Shown here: positions 20,401 to 28,243 of the stretch, in pieces
Layout of the letters: each line of letters starts with the position of its first letter
Position numbering within the stretch: position 1 is the first letter of the stretch
IMG/VR virus record: IMGVR_UViG_3300030061_000751
Coordinates: 1-57,402 of that record
Source: a virus
Lineage: Duplodnaviria; Caudoviricetes
Length of the DNA: 57,402 bases
Strand: one strand, 5' to 3'
Notes under the pieces: model-generated
The model's input: the letters and a program-made list of their open reading frames with translations, nothing else
What the model was told of the DNA's origin: nothing
Databases searched by the model: none
Translations under genes and position numbers: made by a program

Positions 20401-22858
20401 CAATAGACACGCGGTCTTTGAAGCGATTAGCCAGAGGGTGCCTGAGCTTAGAGAGATGGAGGCTGACTCTGGTGCGATACAGGCGCTCATCCTTGCTGAC
20501 AGGTCTAATGCTATAACCGCCAGCGCCTTCAAGGACGGGAGTGTCTACTACAAAGGCGGTGGTTACGGGGTAGAGGATTTTGTTTTTGAGGGGAGAAGAT
20601 ACAAGGGACTGCTAGAGATCATGTCCCTGATCTACAACAAGGACTCCAAGGATTTAAGAAAGCTCGCCCAAGCCTACGCTATGGTTCAGCGGGGAGAGTT
20701 TCTTAGTGATCAGGGCAAGGTTGTTCCTGTCACTGAAGAGAATAAACAGCAAATTCTTGCCGCTGTAGAGGCAGTGACAGAGAGAAATGGCTACAACCCT
20801 GTAAAGAAATGGCACGATGTCTGGACTGCGTACAACAACAAGACCATCGACTTCCTGAAAGATACCGGCGTGTTGAGCGAAGAGACTGCGGATATATGGC
20901 GCAAGTCTTCTTATGTCCCGTTCTACAGAGCCGCTCAGGAAGATGATGCAAGCCTATCCAAAGCAACTGGCGGCATCTTCGATGATCTTACCAAGATGTC
21001 CTACTTTAAGCAGTACGAGGGTAGCGAAAGGGCTGTAGACATTGGTCTGGTTGAGTCGGTGGCAATGAATCTGAGCGCCGCTGTCAACATGGGCATGAAG
21101 AATGTTGCCCAGCAAAGAGTGGCCCGTGATTTGCAAAAGCTGGGATTGGCGCGGCAGGTTGTTGCCCCCAGCAAAAACACGATTACGTTCAAGGTCAACG
21201 GACGCCCTGTTCACTTCCAGATAGACGATGGCCTGCTATACGAGTCATTGCAGACCGTGGACGATGGCGCGACCCTACAGAGAATTGCCTACTACGGCGG
21301 CTTGCCAGCTACCGTCCTTAGAGAAATGGTCACGCGAACACCAGATTTTATTCTGGCAAATATGTTCCGCGACACACTGTCAACCTACGTCACCTCTGGC
21401 GGCGACTTCACGCCTATCGTTGATACGGTCTTTGGCTTTGCAGAAAGCATGAACAGGCTGGAAAGACGCGGTGTGGTTGGCGGCTATGACTTCTCCATTG
21501 GCGAGCAAAGTATGAAGAAATACTTTGAGACGGAAGCCAAGAGGCGCGGTCAATCCCCTGACGGCAAAACCCTGAATATGTTTAGAAGGTTGTGGGACGG
21601 CTTGGGCATGATCACCACCAAGTCGGACGCCGCCACAAGGAATGCAGTATATAACGATGTTCTTGCCAGAACGGGGAATGACGCAGAGGCAACCTATCAG
21701 GCCATAGAGATCATCAACTACGCCAGACGCGGCGCTCATCCTGCGGCGCGTTTGCTGGGCGCATTGATCCCCTTCCTGAACGCAAGATTCCAAGGTATTG
21801 ATGTTTTTGTCAGAGCTATATCTGGCGACTACACCACGCAGGACAACAAGACCAGAGCGAAAATAATACAACGGTTTACCGCCAGATCGTTTACCGCGAT
21901 GGCCCTCACAGCCGTTTACTATATGCTGGTCAGCGATGATGATCAGTACAAGCGTCAGTCTGCCGAAACAAAAGACAACAACATAATCGTCCCGACATCT
22001 GGGCCGGTGCCAATTCTATTGCCAAGCCCGTTTGAAGTTGGTCTGTTGCTGAAGACTATTCCAGAGGCGATTATCGCCAGAGTGATGGGGGATAGGACTG
22101 ACAGAGAGGTGAGGGACACAATGGTCAGGGGTGTTGTGTCTACCCTAGAGGTCAATCCCCTCGGTGTGCAGGCGATTGCGCCACTGGCAGAGGCGGCGTT
22201 TAACCACAACTTCTTCACCAACAGGCCAATCGTACCCTTCTATGTGGACAAGGACATCGTCGGTGGATTTCAGGACAATGTAGGCACCACTGAGTTTGCG
22301 AAATTCATAGGCCAGAACCTTCCGGGCAACTTCAGCCCAATGAAGATCGACCATGTTATCAGGGGCTACACTGGCACACTCGGCGGTTATGGCGTTGCCA
22401 TGATTGATGCAGTGCTGAAGTCTGAGGCGGTGAGGGGAGATTTGGCGGCGATCCCACAAAGCAAGTCTATATTCCAATTTCCTCTTTGGCGCAGATTCTT
22501 TGGTACAGAGACAGGCTCTGCCCAGAAACAAGTTGCTTACGAGATGATCAACGAAGTCAAATCCGTGGTCAGAACAGCGAATATGCTTAACAAACAGCAA
22601 CGGTACACGGAATACAACAGATTCATTGAGGCGAGAGCACCATTTTTGGCGGCACAAGACCTCGCTAATGAAATATCAAACGAGCTGAAGAACATGAGAA
22701 ATGAGATAAAAGCTATTCAAGCGGCTCCAATGTTGGACGAGGACACGAAGAGAGAGCGAATACGGGTAATTGAGGCGCAGATAGAGCGTTATCTTAACTA
22801 CCAGAACCCAAGGATGAGGTCAGTGATTGACCTGCCTGTTGTCGATAGGGCGTACTAA
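14498..22858 (+). CDS. Large polyvalent/ejection protein (2786 aa)
   Basis: HEVLH zincin motif; central EWY...PKIG..F..NL...VTMDMW...QALIW domain; LPD38-like C-terminus (IPFLNA..QG...P.PFE.G). Confidence 0.75.
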   Translation: MDVRLPNGQIITNVPDSITQQQLAQIAIANNLAREEDFAGIFDAPQAAEEDDTTLLGATGEFFKGIPRGVANSLISTGEGLFQLADAGLNLVGLEDAIDQEDEDVILGLAKQGRDAVNESFLGADEAYRDSFGAKFGEGLGSFLTFLGPGFLGKAAGLTGKGMAAARYGGAGTLAVGAGAGDQSQRIQFAREQGIDVSGDQEDLAIGLGGAIGLTELAPVEKLLKGLPRELPDGFKDKSIAMLKKALGTGSVEAVQEGVAGVLQDAVALGVYDPNQKVGESLWDDLTVGGAVGTTADLIVTYAAGRRKRSIDQSLLDTEKEIRERLEAEEQKRREQSSQRKLDPQEEAVTAPVDEEPDVINVQPVTVPFTTPSQAGERFPDRKRVPVGTPTLVEGEKFAGGNPYAATAIEISRRLGDSFPLNETFTVAATATGAEGPVRQRTAVFDSQGKQYGPEYADPREAIQLAGALNGQVLEQTLEQNNALVIDEAGLDLDEDQRQTMLTLGRRVLGTDTNSYHKSAIDYAAGTTAENGYADDLTAQQAIDEGIRPKDMTASQRINAARLKKGLPETNNFSLSEARKALGDNVGRLAEFESGASEVDTLRAFSQDGVPAVSVDRDGVSTGVIKTRPTTAAEKEAARSQGKRAPGRVKFTSMRDAQEYAGFINQRKGGAFVSSAEMFGEMELSQEKFAELLAAKNIDMDYNSPEMRKLAQILTGRKLRRDQSINDLKNEELQFLYHKMRAFPRFNKPTKLPVFELKPYSPAELQLAVDHLRRQGTDISRAALEYQGKTMKARAYDQVIKKAREVVSRDQAAVEEASQPEQTSQILALPSPDQRRTAMSEAIAARVKKLGLSDDFITRLVDRVRTPNRDAQGNIDFVESADPRQAAARGAFDPLQRVLQVSFDNILAEAGPNATDAELLVRILGTLNHEVLHALRVLDLITEQEMATLEKAARAYAPDGAQGYEAGETFFQYAERVYSNLDPASRMEEAIAELIKYGYQNNLIDDRGKAVRLGGKPRGIITKIVDFLKEMVGFSRGTGARSFNDFLQALESGEVGARARGEVRTPVMLDKIASKQGITREEAARRVRGESPQTRAQEGEEEEREPEFRQTTPDEPELAFDRSVPDFAKRDPELSEAADMLKKGEITREEYSALVDERRPVRPYEDVPDPATPAQAKRALREGKGQSPEKAAKYGKPQEVLKKGEPAQLRLDIPSYTQSDTWVVSVHYPDSAKKRREKKDLDAQKVKAGELSLTDYMQNKTAESLFTAGEVVGYQSVAALTNVKFGMSQRAAQAISIDKPKGTIATIMGGWNPMGPKKAKALADKALESKDWIQVGMDPYRHSYFYNRSNPNKRVISADEVIQVGPLVLAKNAIEVDALDNAAVESFGMQPTVFDVGPAQESVDIIDVVSGREQPPPLKGKKQVAGYLQRRTLERLGVPRDITREEDREAIAEDLSREAVYEYENVQESAVEWYNETIDKTIEMLGELYPEIKTDSNARTAFLLSLAITSQNMAVPDNLALAEKAYKFYRDNGRFKEEGSGDKKQSMKANFVKANKLLEKMSMSEIEQFLQTEFIVRDLNEASAKLLGKQADTGENVDNRVFGSAIFGPKIGQGFFTNLRGDYRPVTMDMWFMRTIGRLSGTLTGTSPENISKAYKRLATALGKKKVFRESIEKQAREIKRKHESDYRKFGEEYKSGKREKSETVKAAENLIKLLDGTNDAPTSGSQRNNLRDIVYRAIEKFEQQTGERIEPAAFQALIWYPEQDLYKSLGVKLRHVRQDYATSTEQLLNSRGIKRSRIERAKDRVRSRAERGSGDVRSADAVGQGDRQGTGRADSVVPQDENLYDRPAARQIDPAKVEEAVEQNLKDIDKTPGPPVFSVKASPEAQYIGRNPEAALTPRPEDQYFDTPPLSESQQKAVDELTTGPEKSQPNNEILLEVLEGGPIDTFYKRFRARMRLRVMKLRYGGINRHAVFEAISQRVPELREMEADSGAIQALILADRSNAITASAFKDGSVYYKGGGYGVEDFVFEGRRYKGLLEIMSLIYNKDSKDLRKLAQAYAMVQRGEFLSDQGKVVPVTEENKQQILAAVEAVTERNGYNPVKKWHDVWTAYNNKTIDFLKDTGVLSEETADIWRKSSYVPFYRAAQEDDASLSKATGGIFDDLTKMSYFKQYEGSERAVDIGLVESVAMNLSAAVNMGMKNVAQQRVARDLQKLGLARQVVAPSKNTITFKVNGRPVHFQIDDGLLYESLQTVDDGATLQRIAYYGGLPATVLREMVTRTPDFILANMFRDTLSTYVTSGGDFTPIVDTVFGFAESMNRLERRGVVGGYDFSIGEQSMKKYFETEAKRRGQSPDGKTLNMFRRLWDGLGMITTKSDAATRNAVYNDVLARTGNDAEATYQAIEIINYARRGAHPAARLLGALIPFLNARFQGIDVFVRAISGDYTTQDNKTRAKIIQRFTARSFTAMALTAVYYMLVSDDDQYKRQSAETKDNNIIVPTSGPVPILLPSPFEVGLLLKTIPEAIIARVMGDRTDREVRDTMVRGVVSTLEVNPLGVQAIAPLAEAAFNHNFFTNRPIVPFYVDKDIVGGFQDNVGTTEFAKFIGQNLPGNFSPMKIDHVIRGYTGTLGGYGVAMIDAVLKSEAVRGDLAAIPQSKSIFQFPLWRRFFGTETGSAQKQVAYEMINEVKSVVRTANMLNKQQRYTEYNRFIEARAPFLAAQDLANEISNELKNMRNEIKAIQAAPMLDEDTKRERIRVIEAQIERYLNYQNPRMRSVIDLPVVDRAY

Positions 22859-22859
22859 T

Positions 22860-23306
22860 ATGAAGATGGACTGGCTTTACCACGCTACCTGTGAGCGTGT
22901 AGTGGACGGCGACTCTATTATTCTGACGATAGACGCTGGATTTGACGTTCTCCTGAGCAAACAGTCGGTGCGCCTATATGGCATAGACACGGCAGAGACT
23001 CGCGGAGGAACCCCAGAATTGAAGGCTCTTGGCCTTCTCGCCAAAGATTATGTGACGCAGATGGTGCCAGAAGGTTCTGAGCTGTTGATCAGGACGCACA
23101 TGGATCGAAAGGGCAAGTTCGGCAGGATACTGGGAGAGCTGTATCTGCCAGAGGTGCCTGACGTTGAGGGCTTTCAGGACAGAAGCCTGAACACCATCCT
23201 GCTGGACGAGATGTTGGCTGTGCAGTATTACGGTCAGTCGAAGGAAGACATCATCAATCAGCACCTGATCAATGTTCAGCATCACAAGGCTGAAGGCAGA
23301 ATCTAG
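22860..23306 (+). CDS. Thermonuclease (SNase family)
   Basis: RVVDGDSI, VRLYGIDTAE and GKFGRILG motifs. Confidence 0.88.
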   Translation: MKMDWLYHATCERVVDGDSIILTIDAGFDVLLSKQSVRLYGIDTAETRGGTPELKALGLLAKDYVTQMVPEGSELLIRTHMDRKGKFGRILGELYLPEVPDVEGFQDRSLNTILLDEMLAVQYYGQSKEDIINQHLINVQHHKAEGRI

Positions 23307-23476
23307 TGGAGGAGTGCGCGGCTAATCAGGTTGAGTCCGCGCTTGAGGGCATCTGGGAGATACTGGCTTTGCACCCGTGGGACTTGATCTACCTGTCCAT
23401 TCCCATGAGCATTATCGCCTTCTACTTCTTGTCGATCTATGCGATCTACAAGCACATCCAAAAAAAGTATTCGTGA
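23306..23476 (+). CDS. Small membrane protein (56 aa; not in ORF track)
   Basis: GTG overlapping the upstream stop; MEECAANQVESALEGIWEILALHPWDLIYLSIPMSIIAFYFLSIYAIYKHIQKKYS. Confidence 0.55.
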   Translation: MEECAANQVESALEGIWEILALHPWDLIYLSIPMSIIAFYFLSIYAIYKHIQKKYS

Positions 23477-23667
23477 AGTTGCATATTCTGTTTGCTGTCA
23501 GCGACAAGTTACGCAAAGCCATCAATCACCACCACGGTAAGTCTGGACAGGCTACAAGGCAGGAGGTGAAGAGCTGGCTGTGGCAACACGGACACTCTCG
23601 TGACGATGAGATACTTGCCGCGCTATACGAGCATGAGAATGATCAGGGTGCCGACAGCAAGAAGTAA
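23473..23667 (+). CDS. Hypothetical protein, paralogue of 24148-24381
   Basis: GTGA overlap start; MKLHILFAVSDKLRKAINHHHGKSGQAT. Confidence 0.6.
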   Translation: MKLHILFAVSDKLRKAINHHHGKSGQATRQEVKSWLWQHGHSRDDEILAALYEHENDQGADSKK

Positions 23668-23670
23668 TCT

Positions 23671-23958
23671 TCAAAGCTCCCCCTTCATCTTCTTTGTGAC
23701 GAAAAAGCCTTCATGCTCAGGGTAATGCGCCATGAATAGCCGGGCGTAGTAGGCGATAAAGTCATTGCTGATCTTAAAGTCGCAACCAGATGTCTCAATC
23801 GCAGTCTCCCAGCGTATCCTGTTGATTATCAGCCAAGCACTACAGCGTTTGTGTCCACGCCTGATGGCCTGAAAAGTAAACCGCTTGAACAGCTCGTAAA
23901 CGTGAGGGTTCTGCTTGTGCCATTCCCACCATGCCTGCTTGCGAGTCATCTTAGCCAT
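23671..23958 (-). CDS. Hypothetical phage protein
   Basis: H..NPHVY..F...RIRWE...FKISND..AYYAR pattern; coupled to the upstream gene. Confidence 0.7.
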   Translation of the reverse strand: MAKMTRKQAWWEWHKQNPHVYELFKRFTFQAIRRGHKRCSAWLIINRIRWETAIETSGCDFKISNDFIAYYARLFMAHYPEHEGFFVTKKMKGEL

Positions 23959-24151
23959 CTTTCAGCATCTTCATGGCGTTTTCTAGCGACTTAACAGCTT
24001 CAGCGATGTTTTCCACGGCATCACGATTGTCCTCCACAAGCTCCTCAATCCGTGTCAGCCTTTCAACAACTGTCTCTATAAACTTGTCGGCAGTGGTGAT
24101 TGCATCCGTGTAAGCATCGCCTTCTAACTTCAAAGTAAATTTACCTGTCAT
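23951..24151 (-). CDS. Hypothetical coiled-coil protein
   Basis: Overlap-coupled ORF. Confidence 0.6.
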   Translation of the reverse strand: MTGKFTLKLEGDAYTDAITTADKFIETVVERLTRIEELVEDNRDAVENIAEAVKSLENAMKMLKDG

Positions 24152-24381
24152 TTTGAGTCAGCCAACCGCGCCAAGCTGTCGTAGTCGTTAACGTAAAATG
24201 CTCTAACTGGGCCTTCTTCGGGAATGCAAGACTCGTCAAATATGTCGCTAAGTGCTGACTTCCCGTATTGCTCAAAAAAGTCCCGCATCTCTGCGTGTGT
24301 CGCCTTTCCCTCTTTGCCATAAAAAGCATTTACAGCACGCCTAATCTCATCGTCGCACTCGAAAACAACTTTTACCTTCAT
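24148..24381 (-). CDS. Hypothetical protein, paralogue of 23473-23667
   Basis: ATGA-coupled ORF. Confidence 0.65.
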   Translation of the reverse strand: MKVKVVFECDDEIRRAVNAFYGKEGKATHAEMRDFFEQYGKSALSDIFDESCIPEEGPVRAFYVNDYDSLARLADSK

Positions 24382-24806
24382 GATCCTTCCTCCCTAGCTG
24401 GGGGCGGCACATCGTATCCCATCTCTGCCGCCACCCTGCATAATGTTTCGATAAGCTCAGAGTAGTCCCCACGGGTAGCATCGTTGCTACGTTTCACCGG
24501 GCGACGAACTACCCCAAACTTGCTTTCGATCTCCTCTGACCCATAGCATTGGCAGAGAATCTCGTTGTGCATTTCGTCAGGGGTCAAGCCGCAGAATTTT
24601 GCGAATCCGTTGCACCACTTTCTGTAGTAGTTTTCTTGCGGTCTGGAGCGGTGAGTCCGTAGTGGCTTCACCTCCAGTGTGACCCCGTGCCTCGACTGTA
24701 GATTGACCTCCAGAATCTGAGGTGCCATCTGCGGAAACTCCTGACACAGTGACTGCAACACTCTCATCCGCTTCACTGCTTCGCTCTTTGGTAGGTGTAT
24801 CTCCAT
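24378..24806 (-). CDS. NinB/YbcN-like recombination protein
   Basis: RS..QE.YY..W...E.H motif in the recombination cluster. Confidence 0.55.
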   Translation of the reverse strand: MEIHLPKSEAVKRMRVLQSLCQEFPQMAPQILEVNLQSRHGVTLEVKPLRTHRSRPQENYYRKWCNGFAKFCGLTPDEMHNEILCQCYGSEEIESKFGVVRRPVKRSNDATRGDYSELIETLCRVAAEMGYDVPPPAREEGS

Positions 24807-25129
24807 TATTCATCCTTCATTCCTTCTATTGTGATGACGCCCTGATCAATCCGGCGCATCAAGGTTTTGACTATGTTGAACAGGAATTGCTCTGACTTGT
24901 CGATCTTCTTCTCAAAGGTTGCGCCACCGCCGCCCACATCGAACTGGTAGTGGCACTTGTGGCAAAGGTCAGCGATCACTAAGTCATGTGGCTTGTGACC
25001 TGTACCCTTGCCAAGTGCGTGTGCGCGTAGGCCGGTGTAATGTGCCGCGACCACGGTGCCATCCCTGACACCGCAGTTGACGCAGGACTGATCCTTCGCC
25101 GCATCCAACAGTTTTTTCGACCTGATCAA
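24806..25129 (-). CDS. DUF1364/YbcO-like putative nuclease
   Basis: RSKKL..AA....C..CG...VAAH...G.G.K..D.....LC..CH. Confidence 0.7.
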   Translation of the reverse strand: MIRSKKLLDAAKDQSCVNCGVRDGTVVAAHYTGLRAHALGKGTGHKPHDLVIADLCHKCHYQFDVGGGGATFEKKIDKSEQFLFNIVKTLMRRIDQGVITIEGMKDE

Positions 25130-25434
25130 AACGGAATGTCGTCTTCTTCAAGCTCAATCGGCTGGGGCTTTGGCGGGGGCGGAGGAGCCGCCTGTGCCTC
25201 TGCATCCCAGAACACTTCAGCCGTGACGTACTGATATTCCTGCCCAGTGTCCTTTGCCTTGCGGTTCCATGAGGCAATCTGAATCTTAGGCTCCTTGCCC
25301 TCCTTGGCCTGCGCGATCAGCCCTTTCATCTGCTCAGAGCTGATCCTGACGTTCCCTTTCATGTCGGGGTGGGTTGGCTTGGCCTTGTCTTTGTTGGGCC
25401 ATAGACCGCCATCGGTTTTGTGGTACTTACTCAT
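25126..25434 (-). CDS. Single-stranded DNA-binding protein
   Basis: Short beta-rich domain, Pro-rich linker, acidic tail EEDDIPF; follows the SSAP. Confidence 0.75.
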   Translation of the reverse strand: MSKYHKTDGGLWPNKDKAKPTHPDMKGNVRISSEQMKGLIAQAKEGKEPKIQIASWNRKAKDTGQEYQYVTAEVFWDAEAQAAPPPPPKPQPIELEEDDIPF

Positions 25435-26215
25435 TGCTGGACTCCTGATTGTTGATTGCTTGCTTTAAGGCGCTCATGTGAGCGGATAAAATTTCGTATT
25501 GGCCTGTGGTGCTGTACTCTTTCACCAGATCGAAAACTCCGGTGTTGCGGACATAGCCATCTTTGAGGTCTTTTTTACTCGTTGACCAGAAAGTGTCGAG
25601 AAAGCCAATGAAAAAGTTGACAAAGTTTTCGCACTCGCCTTGATCACCAAAACTGCCGACCTCGACAATCTCGTCAATATAGCTCTGAGCATCGTCTAAA
25701 TCGTCTAACGTCTTGACTTGAGGCATTTGGACGATGTTGTCGGCTTTTTTTGCCGGTGCTTTCTTCGCGGCTGTCTTTTTGGGCGGCGGCTTTTCTTCTG
25801 GCACGGGTTCTGTCTGAGCTGGTACATCTTCGCCAGCATAGATGTAGTGGCCCAGACCGTACATGGCGAGACACTTTGTCAGACAGCGCATACGAGTGTC
25901 AGATACTGCTCTGGTGTCTGGGCTGACTATCGCCTTGTTTTTGTAGTCCATGACGGGTAGCCACATGAGCCGCTCCAGCTCACCGATTCTTACCTTACAC
26001 CACACAGTACAGCGGTCTTCTCTATCCCACTCTTCGTTGAGGAAGTCGTAGGTGGCCTGCGGGTAATTCTCCATGAGAATCCCCCATGCCCACGCCCACG
26101 AAAGATAGGTCAGTCCGTTCTTGCTTTCTGCTTTGTCAGAGCAGTCTATTTTACTCAGCGTTTTCCAGACGCTTTCGTAAGTCGGCTCACCTGAGCCAGC
26201 TTTTTTTGTGGTCAT
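25427..26215 (-). CDS. Sak3/DUF1071-family single-strand annealing protein
   Basis: LTYLSWAWAW, LPVMD.KN and RCL.K..AM.GLG.YIYAGED motifs. Confidence 0.88.
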   Translation of the reverse strand: MTTKKAGSGEPTYESVWKTLSKIDCSDKAESKNGLTYLSWAWAWGILMENYPQATYDFLNEEWDREDRCTVWCKVRIGELERLMWLPVMDYKNKAIVSPDTRAVSDTRMRCLTKCLAMYGLGHYIYAGEDVPAQTEPVPEEKPPPKKTAAKKAPAKKADNIVQMPQVKTLDDLDDAQSYIDEIVEVGSFGDQGECENFVNFFIGFLDTFWSTSKKDLKDGYVRNTGVFDLVKEYSTTGQYEILSAHMSALKQAINNQESSNE

Positions 26216-26414
26216 TGCTCACCCCTATTGTTTTGAGGATTTCGTTGGGCGTCAGCTTAAAGAACAGCCCTGAGTTCATGTCACCAACGTGCTTGTCGCT
26301 GACATAAAACCTAACACTGTCTCCGCTAACGGTTATCTTTAGTTTGCGTGTGGTTATCTGATTCAATGCGACAACCTTGCGATAGAACTCGGGGTCAGTC
26401 TGTATCATGACCAT
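26187..26414 (-). CDS. Hypothetical protein
   Basis: Fills the gap between exonuclease and SSAP. Confidence 0.55.
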   Translation of the reverse strand: MVMIQTDPEFYRKVVALNQITTRKLKITVSGDSVRFYVSDKHVGDMNSGLFFKLTPNEILKTIGVSNDHKKSWLR

Positions 26415-27274
26415 GCCTCGTTCTCGTACTGCTCACACCAGTCTGCAACTCTGCACCAGTTGTCTTCACACCTGATACAGCGCCCGACACGATGCTCCAG
26501 CTCCAGACCTTGTTGGTCTGACATAAATTGCTCCGCCTCCTCCGTAGAGTTGAATACTCGTAATGCTCGCTTGTTGCCCTTTTTCTTGACAGCAAACGAG
26601 TCGTCCTTTTTCCACCGCTCCTCTTCGGTGCAGTGTGGGATGTGACCGCCAGTCAGCCTTTCATACTCAGCGTGTTGGTGCAGTGCGACCCGCTCCTTGA
26701 CGTAGGCGTTCCTCTCCTCCTTAGACCACAGGGGGATGGGGACTACCATCATCGGTGCGGCAGGATAGTTAGGGTCTTGCTTTGCCTTCGACCGTTGCCA
26801 GTCTCTGAGCACCGCTACTATTTGCAAGCCGCTCACCTCTCTGCCAGCTTGCTCCGCAAGCCACGCATAGCAGTTGAGTTGCTTGTCCCACTCTTTCTTG
26901 CCGTAAATCACAGACCACACAGAGGTGCATTTGTAATCAAGGATCGTGACTGTGCCGTCATCCTCCGACCTTTGTAAGTCGATTGCGCCACTGATTGTCC
27001 ACCCGTCAATGTCTGCATAGAGCCGCTCTTCGACGGTGTGACCATCTGCGTGATGCTCCTCGAACATTTTGTGAACTGACGTACCCAATACGCTCCAGAC
27101 CATATCGCTCACATCCTCGGTGATGTCGTCGTCATGCTCCTTGCGAAGTATTCGGACGCGAGGCGAGTCGATAAGCTGGGTGACTGAGCGGTTGCTGTGA
27201 CCTCTGGTGTAGTCACTGTGCGTCAGCGCCTTGAATATCGGCTGGGGTAGATTGGTGACGTTGGTGTAGTTCAT
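26405..27274 (-). CDS. PD-(D/E)XK exonuclease (RecB/Cas4-like)
   Basis: GT.VH, E.R, SGAID, ILDYK, QLN.Y motifs and a C-terminal Cys cluster. Confidence 0.85.
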   Translation of the reverse strand: MNYTNVTNLPQPIFKALTHSDYTRGHSNRSVTQLIDSPRVRILRKEHDDDITEDVSDMVWSVLGTSVHKMFEEHHADGHTVEERLYADIDGWTISGAIDLQRSEDDGTVTILDYKCTSVWSVIYGKKEWDKQLNCYAWLAEQAGREVSGLQIVAVLRDWQRSKAKQDPNYPAAPMMVVPIPLWSKEERNAYVKERVALHQHAEYERLTGGHIPHCTEEERWKKDDSFAVKKKGNKRALRVFNSTEEAEQFMSDQQGLELEHRVGRCIRCEDNWCRVADWCEQYENEAWS

Positions 27275-27501
27275 GCTACGCGAAACACCCTCATGTCATC
27301 GCCATCTCGGATGCAACTAAAACGGGATGTCGTCCCACGTTGCCAGCGACTCACTCTCTGTCTCAGCGCCCTGACCTCGACGGGATTGCTTGCGTCGATG
27401 GGTGCTACGAAGCTGTCGCCCGTCTCCATCATCTCTAATGGTAGATCGGGTATCTTCGTCCGCTTTGGGACGGGAATGTGCTTGTCGATCTGAATCTGCA
27501 T
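27271..27501 (-). CDS. Small putative DNA-binding protein
   Basis: RBS CAGGAG; I.IDK.IPVP...P...ME.GDSF pattern common in phages. Confidence 0.7.
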   Translation of the reverse strand: MQIQIDKHIPVPKRTKIPDLPLEMMETGDSFVAPIDASNPVEVRALRQRVSRWQRGTTSRFSCIRDGDDMRVFRVA

Positions 27502-27547
27502 TTGCAGTCTCCTGTAAGTTGAAAACGTAACGTCCCATCTTGCTCAT
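27317..27547 (-). CDS. Overprinted 76-aa protein ending in WDDIPF
   Basis: Own RBS (CAGGAG, 6 nt before ATG at 27547); terminates exactly in DDIPF-stop. Confidence 0.55.
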   Translation of the reverse strand: MSKMGRYVFNLQETANADSDRQAHSRPKADEDTRSTIRDDGDGRQLRSTHRRKQSRRGQGAETESESLATWDDIPF

Positions 27548-27598
27548 GCTAAACTCCTGAATGACTGGGACAACGAATAATGAGTGAGACAGCACAAT

Positions 27599-27952
27599 AT
27601 GTCAATCAATATGGTGATATTTGGTGAGCCATGCAGTAAAGCCAACAGCCGGAGACTTGTGAAGAGCAAGGCTGGCAGGCCACTTTTCATCAAGAGCAAG
27701 AAGGCGCTAGATTATGTGAAGTCATTTGGTCAGCAGTGCCAATCTGTCGATCCGCTGATCACTGAGGATGTCTCTGTCATCATCAGAATTTACTACGCCA
27801 GTCGCCGTCCCGACCTTGATGAGTCTCTCATACTGGACTGTATGCAGGGGCTGGTGTATAAGAATGACAGGCAAGTGAAAGAGAAGCACATCATCTGGGG
27901 AGGCGTGGATAAAGAAAATCCACGGGCAGAAATTAGTGTCAGACACCTATAG
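27599..27952 (+). CDS. rusA: RusA-family Holliday junction resolvase
   Basis: P.SKAN, RPDLD...ILD..QG.VY.NDRQV, NPRAEI motifs. Confidence 0.85.
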   Translation: MSINMVIFGEPCSKANSRRLVKSKAGRPLFIKSKKALDYVKSFGQQCQSVDPLITEDVSVIIRIYYASRRPDLDESLILDCMQGLVYKNDRQVKEKHIIWGGVDKENPRAEISVRHL

Positions 27953-28187
27953 GGTTATCTACAGCAAGGTCATCAACCAAGCCATCAAGGACTTGGTTTG
28001 TAACCACGCAGATGACCGTGATGCCGCCGCTAAGTATCTGAAATCTCCAGCTTTTACATCACATTGCCACACCGCCGGATACCCTTCCGGTTTACAGGAT
28101 GCACTCGACGAGATGCTTCTTCTGAGCCTACCTGAGCAGAAAGTTGTCGCCCAGATGGTGATGGATGAGCTGACTGAGCTTGCGTAA
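27936..28187 (+). CDS. Hypothetical protein
   Basis: VI.QAIKD...A..YL....F...C..AG pattern. Confidence 0.65.
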   Translation: MSDTYRVIYSKVINQAIKDLVCNHADDRDAAAKYLKSPAFTSHCHTAGYPSGLQDALDEMLLLSLPEQKVVAQMVMDELTELA

Positions 28188-28211
28188 AAAAAGCCCCTCT
28201 CTGGGAGGGGC
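28186..28211 (-). terminator. Intrinsic terminator-like hairpin (U-tract on the - strand)
   Basis: A7 followed by GCCCCTC-TCTGG-GAGGGGC. Confidence 0.5.
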
Positions 28212-28243
28212 GAAGCTCAAAAAAAAGGAGTGTATCCATGAAC

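Noticed and set aside
8066-22657. Numerous antisense/shadow ORFs in the track within the large late genes
   Set aside because: They lie opposite or within long genes with recognisable motifs and show no motifs of their own.
26405-27274. Cas4-like nuclease as evidence of a CRISPR system
   Set aside because: No repeat-spacer array or other cas genes seen; the context (SSAP, SSB) indicates a recombination exonuclease.
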